Positions 1 to 8,994 of a DNA stretch of 48,719 bases are shown piece after piece. How positions within the stretch are numbered: position 1 is the stretch's first letter; each line of letters begins with the position of its first letter. Both the position numbers and the translations under genes were made by a program. The notes beneath the pieces were generated by a model. It was not told the origin of the DNA. It made no database searches and worked only from the letters and a program-made list of their open reading frames with translations. This stretch comes from a virus (lineage: Duplodnaviria; Caudoviricetes): IMG/VR virus record IMGVR_UViG_3300027819_000018, positions 1-48,719 of that record. One strand, written 5' to 3'.

Positions 1-1
1 C

Positions 2-124
2 GGCTCGACCATCCTGCGCTCCCTGCCGCCGGCCACGCAGACGCGCTCGCTGGAGGCGGTCCGGACGTTCTTCGCGACGCACGGACGGGAGACGGGAGAG
101 GCGAGACAGGGGAGGTTGGTTTAG
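2..124 (+). CDS. 3' end of a truncated hypothetical gene
   Basis: Open frame GSTILRSLPPATQTRSLEAVRTFF...GRLV* with GC-rich third positions, running off the window edge. Confidence 0.4.
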   Translation, partial: GSTILRSLPPATQTRSLEAVRTFFATHGRETGEARQGRLV

Positions 125-141
125 TGAAGAAAGATGGCGGC

Positions 142-501
142 ATGGCAAAAGTAGAATTATCCGAAGAAGCACAGAACTGGCTTGCAACAGGGGATCGCGG
201 CCAGAGTAGCAATACGTTGTTCGGAGTTATGACAGGCATCCCGCTATGGGGGCGCTGGGGTAAAGATCATCCTTGGGATCCTGATGACTTTGTGCGTTGC
301 GAAAAGCTATTGCGAGCCGTACCTGAGTTTCGACCACGCTTGCAGGAAATGGCGGCGGTATCGCCGGTATGGGCAAGGCTGGTTGAGAACTGGCAACACA
401 TAGTGTCATTGATTGAGGCTGAAGCGTCTGGGGCTTTTGATGGACACAGGGGGACAGCACCTGAAGCGTATAAGTTAATGAAAACACTGATTGACAAATG
501 A
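142..501 (+). CDS. Phage hypothetical protein
   Basis: ORF with WL..GDRGQSS and HPWDPDDF.RC..LL motifs resembling a common phage family; ATG 142 or GTG 124. Confidence 0.65.
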   Translation: MAKVELSEEAQNWLATGDRGQSSNTLFGVMTGIPLWGRWGKDHPWDPDDFVRCEKLLRAVPEFRPRLQEMAAVSPVWARLVENWQHIVSLIEAEASGAFDGHRGTAPEAYKLMKTLIDK

Positions 502-521
502 ATCTGTGATGGGCAAACCCG

Positions 522-540
522 CCTAGCCCTTCGGCTGGGG
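522..540. terminator. GC hairpin between convergent genes
   Basis: CCTAGCC-CTTC-GGCTGGG stem-loop; no clear U-tract. Confidence 0.35.
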
Positions 541-604
541 CTTGCTGAGCTCGTCCAGCTCGGAGCGGCGCAGCAGGGTGTCGCGGGGGATGGGGATGTG
601 GGGG

Positions 605-793
605 CTACTTGGGTTGACGAAGGGATTCAACCTGGGCACGCGAAATCTTAACAGGGCCATGCTTGTCATAGAGTGGATTACGGATCAGCGTTAGCTGACC
701 GCGTTGGATAAGGCGGTAGATGTGGGAACGGGATACTTCAAGAATGCTAGCGGCTTCCTGCACGGAAACGGTATCTTTCTCCTTCATACTCAA
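605..793 (-). CDS. Excisionase/MerR-like HTH DNA-binding protein (HTH_17)
   Basis: VSVQEAASILEVSRSHIYRLIQRGQL signature. Confidence 0.85.
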   Translation of the reverse strand: MSMKEKDTVSVQEAASILEVSRSHIYRLIQRGQLTLIRNPLYDKHGPVKISRAQVESLRQPK

Positions 794-802
794 ATTATAC
801 CA

Positions 803-890
803 TACACTCGCAACACTGGCGCAACTAATTACAGTCTTGACACTGGGAATTCTGCATGCTACACTGACGACACTAAAGACACTAAAGACA
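803..890. repeat. 9-bp-period ACACT direct repeats (putative operator array)
   Basis: tacactcgc, aacactggc, gacactggg, tacactgac, gacactaaa, gacactaaa in the divergent intergenic region. Confidence 0.6.
837..865 (+). promoter_or_regulatory. Sigma70-type promoter of the replication operon
   Basis: TTGACA(837-842)-N17-TACACT(860-865). Confidence 0.75.
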
Positions 891-902
891 GAGGACAGCG
901 CA

Positions 903-1433
903 GTGATACCGACGTTGCATAGGTTTGAGAGCCCAATAGAAGAGAAGATGTCGGCGATCCTGGATGAGCTAAGGGTCGCCTATACAGCACAATTCGAGGT
1001 CGGTGAACAAAAGTTCGGCGGAGAATGCCGTAGCCATCGGTGGTGCGAATGGAAGGACAACGACAATTATTCATCTTATGATCCGGGAACAGGACCAGTG
1101 TGCCAGGTGGAAGGACATCCCGACAGCGAAGATGTATGCTCCTGGTTTTCAGAGATTAAGATCTACCCTTTGTATCGACTTGACTTTGCCATTGAGATCA
1201 AGGAACAGAAGATAGCCATAGAATGTGATGGGTACGACTACCATAAGCGAACCACTGAGCAAGCACAATCTGACATCAAAAGAGATAAGTGGCTGCGGGA
1301 CAACGGTTGGATCGTGAAGCGTTACAGTGGAACCTTCATCGTTAATCATCGCAGCAAGGTCAAGCGTGAAATCCAAGAGATTATTGACAAGCTCACTAGA
1401 ACCGGGGAACCCAAGCAAAATTTGTTATGGTGA
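903..1433 (+). CDS. DUF559/Vsr-like PD-(D/E)XK endonuclease-domain protein
   Basis: ESPIE...YRLDFAI...IAIECDGYDYH...DIKRDKWLRDNGWIVKRYSG; GTG 903 after GAGGA. Confidence 0.8.
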   Translation: MIPTLHRFESPIEEKMSAILDELRVAYTAQFEVGEQKFGGECRSHRWCEWKDNDNYSSYDPGTGPVCQVEGHPDSEDVCSWFSEIKIYPLYRLDFAIEIKEQKIAIECDGYDYHKRTTEQAQSDIKRDKWLRDNGWIVKRYSGTFIVNHRSKVKREIQEIIDKLTRTGEPKQNLLW

Positions 1434-1451
1434 TGTAGTGGGGCAGGGACG

Positions 1452-4382
1452 TTGGCAAATCTCGACGAACTCAAGGCTAGAATTAGCCTGATAGACATAG
1501 CCAGCCAGACAGTAACGCTGCGAGGAAGCGGCAGGGAACGCACCGGGAAGTGCCCCTTCCATGAAGATACGCACGAAAGCCTATCCGTGTCAGATAAGCT
1601 CTTTAACTGCTTTGCTTGCGGTAAGGCAGGGAGCATCTTCGATTGGTTGCAAGGAATCTATAATATCGACCTACCCCAGGCGATCCGCAAAGCTGAAGAA
1701 TTGGCCAATATGCCGACTTCACTTAGGCCAACGCCACCAGCCCCGCCGAAAGCCGAGAAGCCCAAGCCTGTGAAGCTCCTCACCCTGCCGATGGAAATAG
1801 CCGAGAAATATCATAACGAGATGCCTCCCGAGCGCCGCGAGTATTTCCGCAAGCGAGGACTCAGTGACGAAACTATTAACCGTTTCAAGCTCGGATGGGA
1901 TGATAGGCGCTACACCATTCCGATCGTAGTAAACGGCGAGTTGGTTAACATCCGTCGACGCAAGGATGACGTTAACCGAAAAGACCCTGGTGTCAAGATG
2001 TTGCCTTACAAGAGTGACTATGGAACAGCAGTTATATTTAACGAGACAGCAATCAAGGATGCCGACAACGTCATCATAACCGAGGGTGAGTTTGACGCGA
2101 TGCTGCTCTGCCAGCACGGATGGGCGGCTGTTTCTGGAACTGGCGGGGCTGGAACCTTCAAGCCCGAGTGGGTACCGCTTTTCGATTCCTGTCAGATAGT
2201 CTACGTCTGTTATGACAATGATCTCCCTGGGCAGAGCGGCAGTAGCAAGGCGGCGGCTTTTTTCGGAGACCGAGCCAGGATCGTTACGCTTCCCGACGAA
2301 GTAGGCGAGCATGGCGACTTGACCGACTTCTTCGTCAAGCTCGGCAAAACCGACGCCGACTTTGCCGAATTGCTCGAGGAAGCCAAGCCGTATGAACCGC
2401 CCCCGCCGTTGCCCAAGGAAGAAACCAAGACCGTACATCTGGCTCAGTCGGCTCACAGCGAGCTCGTCGGCAAGAAAGTCGAGGTCAAGGTCCTGTGCGC
2501 GGGCAAACTTGACGCGCCGTACATCGTGCCGCGAAAAGTGCGATATAGTTGCTATGCTAACGACAAGGATCGTGAGATATGCGGAGCGGCTGCCGACGAG
2601 GAACGCGGGGCCGGTTCGTGGGACAAGTCTTTCGACGATCGGGACAGCACCTTTATCGACCTCTGCCATAAAAAGAAGACGCAACTGGGGGGTATCCTCA
2701 AAGCAGCGGCGGGATGCCAGGGGAATTGCCAGAAATTTAGCTACCAGGTGCTCGAGTATTCCAACATCGAAGAGGTCTTAGCTGTGCCGATGGCTGATCG
2801 GGTAATGCCCGCCGTCAACGGCAATGGTCATCAGTCGGACATGGATGAGAGCGGTAACGAGTACGTGGCACGCAATGTCTACTTACTGGATTATAGATCG
2901 ACGGTCAACCAATATTACCAGATCACTGGGCGCGTTTACCCCCACCCCAACACGCAACTTGGCACGATCTTGGTGACTGACGCTGGCCCGATGCAGGATA
3001 GTATCAGTCAATTCACCTTAACTGACAAGATGCGCGAAACCTTCAATGTCTTTCAGTTCACGGGTGCTGGCAAAGCTGCTTTCAAGGCGCACGTCGATTC
3101 TCTATTGGAAGACCTTACCTTAAACGTCACAAGAATCTATAAGCGAGATGAAGCACTGTTAGGGATCTTGCTCGGGTATCATTCAGTGCTCAATTTCAAA
3201 TTTGAGGGTCGCCCAATTAGAAGAGGTTGGCTAGAGGTCCTTTTGCTGGGGGACACCGGCATGGCTAAAACAGAAATGGTCAGAAGCCTGATGGAGTTTT
3301 GCGGGCTGGGGATGCTCATCAGCGGCGAGTCTGCAAGGCGTACAGGCATTTGCTATAGTGTGCAGCAAGTGGGGGAGAGATGGTTTGTTAAGTGGGGAAA
3401 GTACGTCCTGAATGACCGTCGCCTACTCGCCATTGATGAGGTATCCGAGTTGCCCGAAGAGGACTTAGGGCGAATGACCCAGGGACGCAATGACGGAATA
3501 ATGCGAGTCGAGCAAGCTGGGGTAGGGGAAGCTAACTGTCGCACGCGATTGATTTGGATGAGTAATCCACGCTGGGGTAAAGGACTCTATAACTTTTCCC
3601 ACGGCATCGAGTCGCTTAAGGGACTCTTCCCCACTCCCGCCGATCTGCGTCGCCTGGATCTGGCCATATTTCTTTCCAACAAAGACATTAACCTGAACGA
3701 AATCAACAAAATGAGAACCGAACCAGAGCAACAACTAATCAGTGCCGAAGCACTCAAGCAATCTATTCTGTGGGCGTGGTCACGCCGTACCGATGACGTG
3801 GTGATTGATCACCAGGCGACCGAGACGATATTCAGTGAAAGCAGCCGTTTAAGTGCCGTCTACGGCGCTGCGGAGGACGTACCCCTGGTTTCCCCGGCAG
3901 ATATGCGCAATAAACTCGCTCGACTCTGTGTGGCTTTGGCAGCATTGATACACTCGACTGACGAAGCCCATGAGAAAGTGATCGTCAGTCCTATGCACGT
4001 ACTATTTGTTGGGAAGTATCTTGATCTTGTGTATCAAGCTAAGAACTGCCGCTACGACATCTACGCTGGTTACGCCGCCAAGAAGTCCACACTGGATAAT
4101 GTGGAAGCCGAAGAAATCAGGATAGAGCTGCAAAACCTGGATGTCAACACCAAAGACGAGGACCGGGACAAAGATAAGCGGACAATTTCGCAAGACATCC
4201 TAGCACTGTACCGTCGACACGATATTCTGACGGCCAGCGAGCTTGCCGATCTACTAGACGTACACCGGACGACGATAGCCAAGCGACTGCGCGTGCTGCA
4301 ACGGCACGGCCTGATTACCAAGGCGCGTTACGGATATCATAAGACGCCCAAATTCGTGGAGTACCTGAGCAGTACCGAATGA
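1452..4382 (+). CDS. DnaG-type primase (CHC2 zinc finger + TOPRIM) fused to MCM-like AAA+ helicase with C-terminal wHTH
   Basis: CPFHED..CFAC zinc finger; ITEGEFDA and CYDND TOPRIM; GDTGMAKT Walker A; LAIDE Walker B; SNPRWGK and LRRLDL MCM-like motifs; terminal HTH. Confidence 0.88.
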   Translation: MANLDELKARISLIDIASQTVTLRGSGRERTGKCPFHEDTHESLSVSDKLFNCFACGKAGSIFDWLQGIYNIDLPQAIRKAEELANMPTSLRPTPPAPPKAEKPKPVKLLTLPMEIAEKYHNEMPPERREYFRKRGLSDETINRFKLGWDDRRYTIPIVVNGELVNIRRRKDDVNRKDPGVKMLPYKSDYGTAVIFNETAIKDADNVIITEGEFDAMLLCQHGWAAVSGTGGAGTFKPEWVPLFDSCQIVYVCYDNDLPGQSGSSKAAAFFGDRARIVTLPDEVGEHGDLTDFFVKLGKTDADFAELLEEAKPYEPPPPLPKEETKTVHLAQSAHSELVGKKVEVKVLCAGKLDAPYIVPRKVRYSCYANDKDREICGAAADEERGAGSWDKSFDDRDSTFIDLCHKKKTQLGGILKAAAGCQGNCQKFSYQVLEYSNIEEVLAVPMADRVMPAVNGNGHQSDMDESGNEYVARNVYLLDYRSTVNQYYQITGRVYPHPNTQLGTILVTDAGPMQDSISQFTLTDKMRETFNVFQFTGAGKAAFKAHVDSLLEDLTLNVTRIYKRDEALLGILLGYHSVLNFKFEGRPIRRGWLEVLLLGDTGMAKTEMVRSLMEFCGLGMLISGESARRTGICYSVQQVGERWFVKWGKYVLNDRRLLAIDEVSELPEEDLGRMTQGRNDGIMRVEQAGVGEANCRTRLIWMSNPRWGKGLYNFSHGIESLKGLFPTPADLRRLDLAIFLSNKDINLNEINKMRTEPEQQLISAEALKQSILWAWSRRTDDVVIDHQATETIFSESSRLSAVYGAAEDVPLVSPADMRNKLARLCVALAALIHSTDEAHEKVIVSPMHVLFVGKYLDLVYQAKNCRYDIYAGYAAKKSTLDNVEAEEIRIELQNLDVNTKDEDRDKDKRTISQDILALYRRHDILTASELADLLDVHRTTIAKRLRVLQRHGLITKARYGYHKTPKFVEYLSSTE

Positions 4383-4672
4383 TAGCGAGTAAACGAGCAA
4401 CCGACGACAACAGGCGCAAATACGGGCAAATGGAAGCTATGGCAGCCAAGCTAACACAAGATATAGTATCAATAGCAGGCTAGAGAGCAATCGACAAGAG
4501 TGGTAATTTTTGAAATCAATGTTTGAGTCTGTGTTTTTATGCCAAACAAATGATGCTCGTCAAAAAAATAGCCGCCAGTTTTTTCGGGCGACGAGTCGTG
4601 GCAAAACATCATTTTTGAAAAAGTTGAGTGTTGTCGATTGGTTGGCAGGATGCTTAGAAGGTAGGTGAAATT
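4383..4672. other. Putative replication origin (non-coding, AT-rich, nested inverted repeats)
   Basis: CAATCGACAA(4488)/TTGTCGATTG(4631), AAATGATG/CATCATTT and CTCGTC/GACGAG inverted repeats directly after the primase-helicase. Confidence 0.45.
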
Positions 4673-5269
4673 GTGGCGCTAAAAATGAAATTCGATGATG
4701 AGATAGAGGAGCAGGTTGTCCCCTCATCCCCTGCCCTCGTCCTCCAGGGCAAAGTCACCGAGGTTCCCGCCCAGCTCGTCTTTCTCGCCGACAACGGCCA
4801 GGTCGAGATCAGGGTGACTTTGGAAGATCAGAACACAACGCAGGAAAGCAATGACGTGTCTACGCTCGACCAATTCAAGGCCGCCTACTACACCTGGTTC
4901 CTTCTTACCCAGGAGGAAGGGCATCTCCGCAACCAGCAAAAGCAACTCCAAGCCGACCGCCAGGAGCTGAAGGTCCGCATCATCAAGGGCCAGAATTACT
5001 GCGCGCTGCACAAAGACTCAACAGAAGGCAAGGCGCTGCTGGCCAAGCTCAAGGCCGAGGCGGGTTTGATTGACACAGAACTACCAAAGATAGAGGCCAA
5101 GCTGCGCAGTATCGAGGAGCGAGAAAGGGATGAGGCGGAGAGGATGACGGAGGCGGAGCAACTGGTTGCAGGACCCGGAAAGCTGATTTGCGGGGGCTGT
5201 TTCGGTATATACCCAATCGACCAGGGCTGTAAGTGTTGGTGGGAGGGGATGCAAGGTGCCAAGAACTGA
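4673..5269 (+). CDS. Hypothetical coiled-coil protein with C-terminal Cys cluster
   Basis: RBS-preceded ORF; heptad-rich; CGGC...CKC at end. Confidence 0.65.
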   Translation: MALKMKFDDEIEEQVVPSSPALVLQGKVTEVPAQLVFLADNGQVEIRVTLEDQNTTQESNDVSTLDQFKAAYYTWFLLTQEEGHLRNQQKQLQADRQELKVRIIKGQNYCALHKDSTEGKALLAKLKAEAGLIDTELPKIEAKLRSIEERERDEAERMTEAEQLVAGPGKLICGGCFGIYPIDQGCKCWWEGMQGAKN

Positions 5270-5567
5270 TCAGTGGAAGTCCACAGAGAAAACCATCGCG
5301 CGTCGTTTGGGTGGCCGGCGCATCGGTATCACCGGCCTGAAGACCGAGGACGTTAGCACTGACTGGTTGTGTTGTGAGGTCAAGCACAGAAAGACCTTGC
5401 CGGCTTGGCTGAAAGCAGCCTTACAGCAAGCCATCAGCGCGGCCAAGGATGGACGGTTGCCGATAGCGATCCTCCACGAGGCGGGCAGGCGGCACGACAA
5501 CGACATTGTGTGCTTGAGGTTTGCCGACTTTGTGAACTGGTTTGGTGATATCGAGGTTCCGGAATGA
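5256..5567 (+). CDS. Holliday junction resolvase-like PD-(D/E)XK nuclease
   Basis: WKSTEKTIARRLGGRR...EDV...CEVKHRK...QA pattern of phage Hjc-like resolvases. Confidence 0.75.
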   Translation: MPRTDQWKSTEKTIARRLGGRRIGITGLKTEDVSTDWLCCEVKHRKTLPAWLKAALQQAISAAKDGRLPIAILHEAGRRHDNDIVCLRFADFVNWFGDIEVPE

Positions 5568-5797
5568 ATAAGGCCTACTCCCCAATCCAAGGGCTTTACT
5601 ATGCCCGCCTGGTTAGGCTAGTTGGCCTGCGTGCGATATGGGAGTCGAGCGCGGCGCACCAGCGGTATTTCCCGGCAGATGGCCCGCACGTGCGGATGCT
5701 CAATCACGCTATCTTCGCCACGCTGCGGGCGGGCGAGGAACTGGGGATAGCGGAGGATATGCGGGGAGTGGTGGAGAAGCAGGGGGTAAGGAAGTGA
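5564..5797 (+). CDS. Hypothetical protein
   Basis: ATGA overlap with upstream gene and GTGA overlap with downstream gene. Confidence 0.6.
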   Translation: MNKAYSPIQGLYYARLVRLVGLRAIWESSAAHQRYFPADGPHVRMLNHAIFATLRAGEELGIAEDMRGVVEKQGVRK

Positions 5798-7203
5798 AGC
5801 CATACTATCAGCACAACGGAATAACGCTCTATCACGGGAATAGCCTTGACGTGCTGGCAGGGATGGAAGCGGAGAGCATAGATGCAGTTGTGTGTGACCC
5901 GCCATATGAACTTGGGTTTATGGGCAAGTCGTGGGATTCTAAGGGCATTGCCTATAACGTAGGGTTGTGGCGCGAAGTTCTGCGCATCCTTAAGCCGGGC
6001 GGTCATCTACTCGCCTTTGGTGGTACTCGCACCTATCACCGAATGACTTGCGCTATTGAAGATGCAGGATTCGAGATACGCGATTGTATTCAGTGGTGGT
6101 ACGGCTCGGGCTTCCCCAAGAGCCTGGATGTGAGCAAGGCGATTGATAAGGCGGCGGGAGCAGAGCGCGCCGGTGCGTTGAGTGGGGGGCATATGGGATA
6201 CGCCACAAGCGCGGGTGACAAGGCCAACGGCAATGAGTTTGGTACATCCGTGCCGCATTCTATCGGCAAAGGCTCATTCACTCGTGGCACACCTTCCACC
6301 GAGGATGCTCAACAATGGTCCGGATGGGGCACGGCACTAAAACCCGCCAATGAGCCTATCGTGATGGCTCGCAAACCCCTATCTGAGCCGAATGTAGCTA
6401 GCAATGTGCTGAAGTGGGGAACAGGCGCTATCAACGTAGATGGGTGCAGAATTGGCTTCTCAGGTCAGGAAGACGAAGCGGAAAGCAAAGCTAAGAATCG
6501 GCACGCTGACTTCGATTCAGGTGCGCGAGAGAATCGCATTTATGGGGCCGACCAACGCACTAGGGCTGAGCAAGGTAACTATGATGCTTCTGGCCGTTGG
6601 CCTGCCAATGTCATTCTATCCTGTTGTTGTGAGAATGAGCACGAAGACGGATGCCCTATCAAGAAATTGGATGGGCAAAGCGGAATAAGCACGAGCAGTG
6701 GTGGCATAAATAGCGGCACGTTGGGCAAACGCACATATGGCAAATTCGCCAACGAGGGGATACACGCTAATGCTGGCGGGTTAGGCGATGTAGGGGGAGC
6801 AAGTAGATTCTTCTACATTGCCAAGGCTTCTAGGGCCGAACGTGATGAGGGACTTGATAGTTTGCACCTGCAACGCAGCGACTACCGACCGAACGATCCA
6901 ACTGGGAATAGCCTCCGAACCCGTTTACACAACAACATCCCACAACGCAACCACCACCCAACAGTCAAGCCTGTTGAGCTTATGCGCTATTTGTGCCGGT
7001 TGGTGACACCCAAAGGAGGGACGGTACTCGATTCATTCATGGGTAGTGGGACCACGGGGGTAGCGTGCGTGTTGGAAGGGTTAAACTTTGTTGGAATTGA
7101 TATGGACGAGCAGTATTGCCAGATTGCCCAGAAGCGCATTGTGCATTGGACAATTGAGGGACTGCCGTTATTTGCATCTGCGTCGCCGGAGGTCTCCCGA
7201 TAA
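5794..7203 (+). CDS. DNA N4-cytosine/N6-adenine methyltransferase (beta class)
   Basis: DPPY catalytic motif; HPTVKP..LMRYL; VLDSFMGSGTTG SAM-binding motif; GTG start 5794. Confidence 0.92.
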   Translation: MKPYYQHNGITLYHGNSLDVLAGMEAESIDAVVCDPPYELGFMGKSWDSKGIAYNVGLWREVLRILKPGGHLLAFGGTRTYHRMTCAIEDAGFEIRDCIQWWYGSGFPKSLDVSKAIDKAAGAERAGALSGGHMGYATSAGDKANGNEFGTSVPHSIGKGSFTRGTPSTEDAQQWSGWGTALKPANEPIVMARKPLSEPNVASNVLKWGTGAINVDGCRIGFSGQEDEAESKAKNRHADFDSGARENRIYGADQRTRAEQGNYDASGRWPANVILSCCCENEHEDGCPIKKLDGQSGISTSSGGINSGTLGKRTYGKFANEGIHANAGGLGDVGGASRFFYIAKASRAERDEGLDSLHLQRSDYRPNDPTGNSLRTRLHNNIPQRNHHPTVKPVELMRYLCRLVTPKGGTVLDSFMGSGTTGVACVLEGLNFVGIDMDEQYCQIAQKRIVHWTIEGLPLFASASPEVSR

Positions 7204-7295
7204 TGTTATTAACTGAGTTGCCCGCTAGCCCCTTACCCTGCCGGGAGCGGGACAAGGCGCAGGCGGCAGCACGGCGAGAGCAGAGGGTGGCGTGA
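7203..7295 (+). CDS. 30-aa ORF ending ARREQRVA (possibly relic)
   Basis: TAATG and TGATG couplings at both ends. Confidence 0.3.
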   Translation: MLLTELPASPLPCRERDKAQAAARREQRVA

Positions 7296-7473
7296 TGAGA
7301 ACTTGCAAGGATATTCGGACCGATCAATCAGCCTACTGCCGAGCGTGCCAGCAGGTGAATGATGAAGTGGCCTGGCACGCGAAGTACCCGAAGTTGACGC
7401 ACTCTTGTAGCCATTGGCGCAAGGTGCAGAATGAGACGCTAAAAGCACGGCGAGAGCAGAGGGTGGCGTGATG
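7268..7473 (+). repeat. 30-bp perfect direct repeat AGCACGGCGAGAGCAGAGGGTGGCGTGATG (7268-7297, 7444-7473)
   Basis: Read directly from the sequence; each copy spans a TGATG stop/start junction. Confidence 0.9.
7295..7471 (+). CDS. 58-aa Cys/His hypothetical protein
   Basis: MRTCKDIRTDQSAYCRACQQ...ARREQRVA*, translationally coupled at both ends. Confidence 0.5.
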   Translation: MRTCKDIRTDQSAYCRACQQVNDEVAWHAKYPKLTHSCSHWRKVQNETLKARREQRVA

Positions 7474-7689
7474 GCATACGAATCCAGAGAGTTTGCCTAC
7501 TACGAAGCACACGTTGATGAGGTAGAGCGAGTACGGCAGGCGGTCCAAGATTGGAGTGACAACGACCTAGAGCGGATGTATCGGGTATTTGTAAGGCAGT
7601 GTGAGCCGGGAGCGGCGTCCTGCTGTTTGGCCGAACTGAAGCGCAGAGGTAAGGGGATATGGATAGAGACGCAACCGACAAATGGGTAG
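7471..7689 (+). CDS. Hypothetical protein
   Basis: Coupled ORF in small-gene array. Confidence 0.55.
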   Translation: MAYESREFAYYEAHVDEVERVRQAVQDWSDNDLERMYRVFVRQCEPGAASCCLAELKRRGKGIWIETQPTNG

Positions 7690-7820
7690 CAAAACTCAAC
7701 AAACTAGCTAGCGAGATTGACGAAGACGCAGCCCCGACGCATCCGTCGGCGTGGAAGGAGCAGTTGGGAGACTTGCACGAGAAGTATAGGAAGTTGGCAG
7801 AAAGGGGGCCGAATGAGTAG
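7659..7820 (+). CDS. 53-aa hypothetical protein
   Basis: MDRDATDKWVAKLNKL... after AAGGGG RBS; fills the gap to the next gene. Confidence 0.45.
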   Translation: MDRDATDKWVAKLNKLASEIDEDAAPTHPSAWKEQLGDLHEKYRKLAERGPNE

Positions 7821-8025
7821 CTATACCGTGAGGGCGCTCGCTCAATACTACAGGGAGCTACGGGACGCCGAGAGGGAAACGGGCAGACATGCCTGCTGTG
7901 ACCTAGCCGAGACAAAGATAATACTTGATGAGAAGAAGGGCTGGATGTTGATGTTCGGGAACGTCGGCTATTGGGAGTACAAGCCCATACGATTCTGCCC
8001 TTTTTGCGGATGGGAATTGGAATGA
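7813..8025 (+). CDS. Hypothetical protein with C-terminal FCPFCG zinc motif
   Basis: HACC...IRFCPFCG; RBS AAAGGGGG. Confidence 0.6.
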   Translation: MSSYTVRALAQYYRELRDAERETGRHACCDLAETKIILDEKKGWMLMFGNVGYWEYKPIRFCPFCGWELE

Positions 8026-8047
8026 TGGAAACCATAGGAGGAAGCCG

Positions 8048-8302
8048 ATGTTAGCGAGGATTGTTTTCAACCTGCCAATGCCTATTCTTCAAGCTTGGCG
8101 TTGGGTAGGGTTGCCAATGCCCCATAAGGAACTAAACGGCACCTATCGTCTGCTATGGGTTGGGAGATACACGTCCAGGCAGCATTCAGCGTTGTATTGC
8201 TGGCTGATGAACCTGATTGATTTTCGATATTGGCGCTGTGAGTGTCATTATCGATCGCCCTATGGACTTTCCATTATGGGCGGTTGCGAATGGCACGATT
8301 AG
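8048..8302 (+). CDS. Hypothetical protein
   Basis: AGGAGG RBS before ATG. Confidence 0.55.
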   Translation: MLARIVFNLPMPILQAWRWVGLPMPHKELNGTYRLLWVGRYTSRQHSALYCWLMNLIDFRYWRCECHYRSPYGLSIMGGCEWHD

Positions 8303-8336
8303 CCCTACTAATAAATCGTAGAGGGAGGGAGACAGA

Positions 8337-8738
8337 ATGGACGCACGGGATGCCTATGGAGAATCCGACAGGCCGAATACTCGGACACTAGCCGATATTA
8401 CACTTGAGTCAGAGACAAGGCGCTTAGAGATTAATGCATTGAAGGCAGATTTACGGCGGGCAAGGGAGACCAGAGCCGATACAGCAGAACAAGGATTGAC
8501 AAAAGAGAGAATCGACGCGTGGTGGACCTGCTACTACCTTAAGCGAATGGCACAGGAAGGCTCTGCTGTCTCGCTATCCTGGGACGAAGAGGCGCAAATG
8601 TGGGAATGTTCGTGGATAGCAGGCGGCAAGCGAGCTACGGGCTTTGACCGAAATATGCTACAGGCGATTAGCAAGGCAATCAAGGCGACCGGGAACCCTG
8701 ATGTATTATGTGGAAAATCGATGCAGCCAGGCAGTTGA
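8337..8738 (+). CDS. Hypothetical protein
   Basis: GGGAGG RBS; 133-aa ORF. Confidence 0.6.
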   Translation: MDARDAYGESDRPNTRTLADITLESETRRLEINALKADLRRARETRADTAEQGLTKERIDAWWTCYYLKRMAQEGSAVSLSWDEEAQMWECSWIAGGKRATGFDRNMLQAISKAIKATGNPDVLCGKSMQPGS

Positions 8739-8751
8739 GAGAGTATAGGTC

Positions 8752-8994
8752 GTGAAGCAGCAATTCTATCACGCAACCACCACCATAACCAACAAGGCAA
8801 CCGGCGAGCGCCAAGAATACGAGGTCTACGCCGCCGTGGCAACCGTGCGCGATATAGGCTCGCAGGATTGTCAAGAGGTGTGGGGCGTGCTCAGGCGGCA
8901 GGTTACGCGGCTTGCCACGCTGCACTGTGATGCCTGCTATATGCACAATTGCTGTGGGCCAGAGAACGCCGGGCAGTGTCCGAGGTATAAATGA
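8752..8994 (+). CDS. Cys-rich hypothetical protein
   Basis: ATGA overlap with next gene. Confidence 0.5.
   Translation: MKQQFYHATTTITNKATGERQEYEVYAAVATVRDIGSQDCQEVWGVLRRQVTRLATLHCDACYMHNCCGPENAGQCPRYK

Noticed and set aside
1719-2684. 321-aa minus-strand ORF and other long antisense ORFs (19679-20308, 24066-24692, 37837-38493)
   Set aside because: Shadows of GC3-rich genes on the plus strand; no motifs or RBS
5638-5793. N-terminal extensions in the ORF track (also 720-902, 19095-19253, 33417-33704, 45300-45413)
   Set aside because: They overlap real upstream genes or promoters; better RBS-linked starts lie downstream
7268-7473. 30-bp repeats as CRISPR repeats or att sites
   Set aside because: Only two copies, a 146-bp coding interval, not palindromic, no integrase
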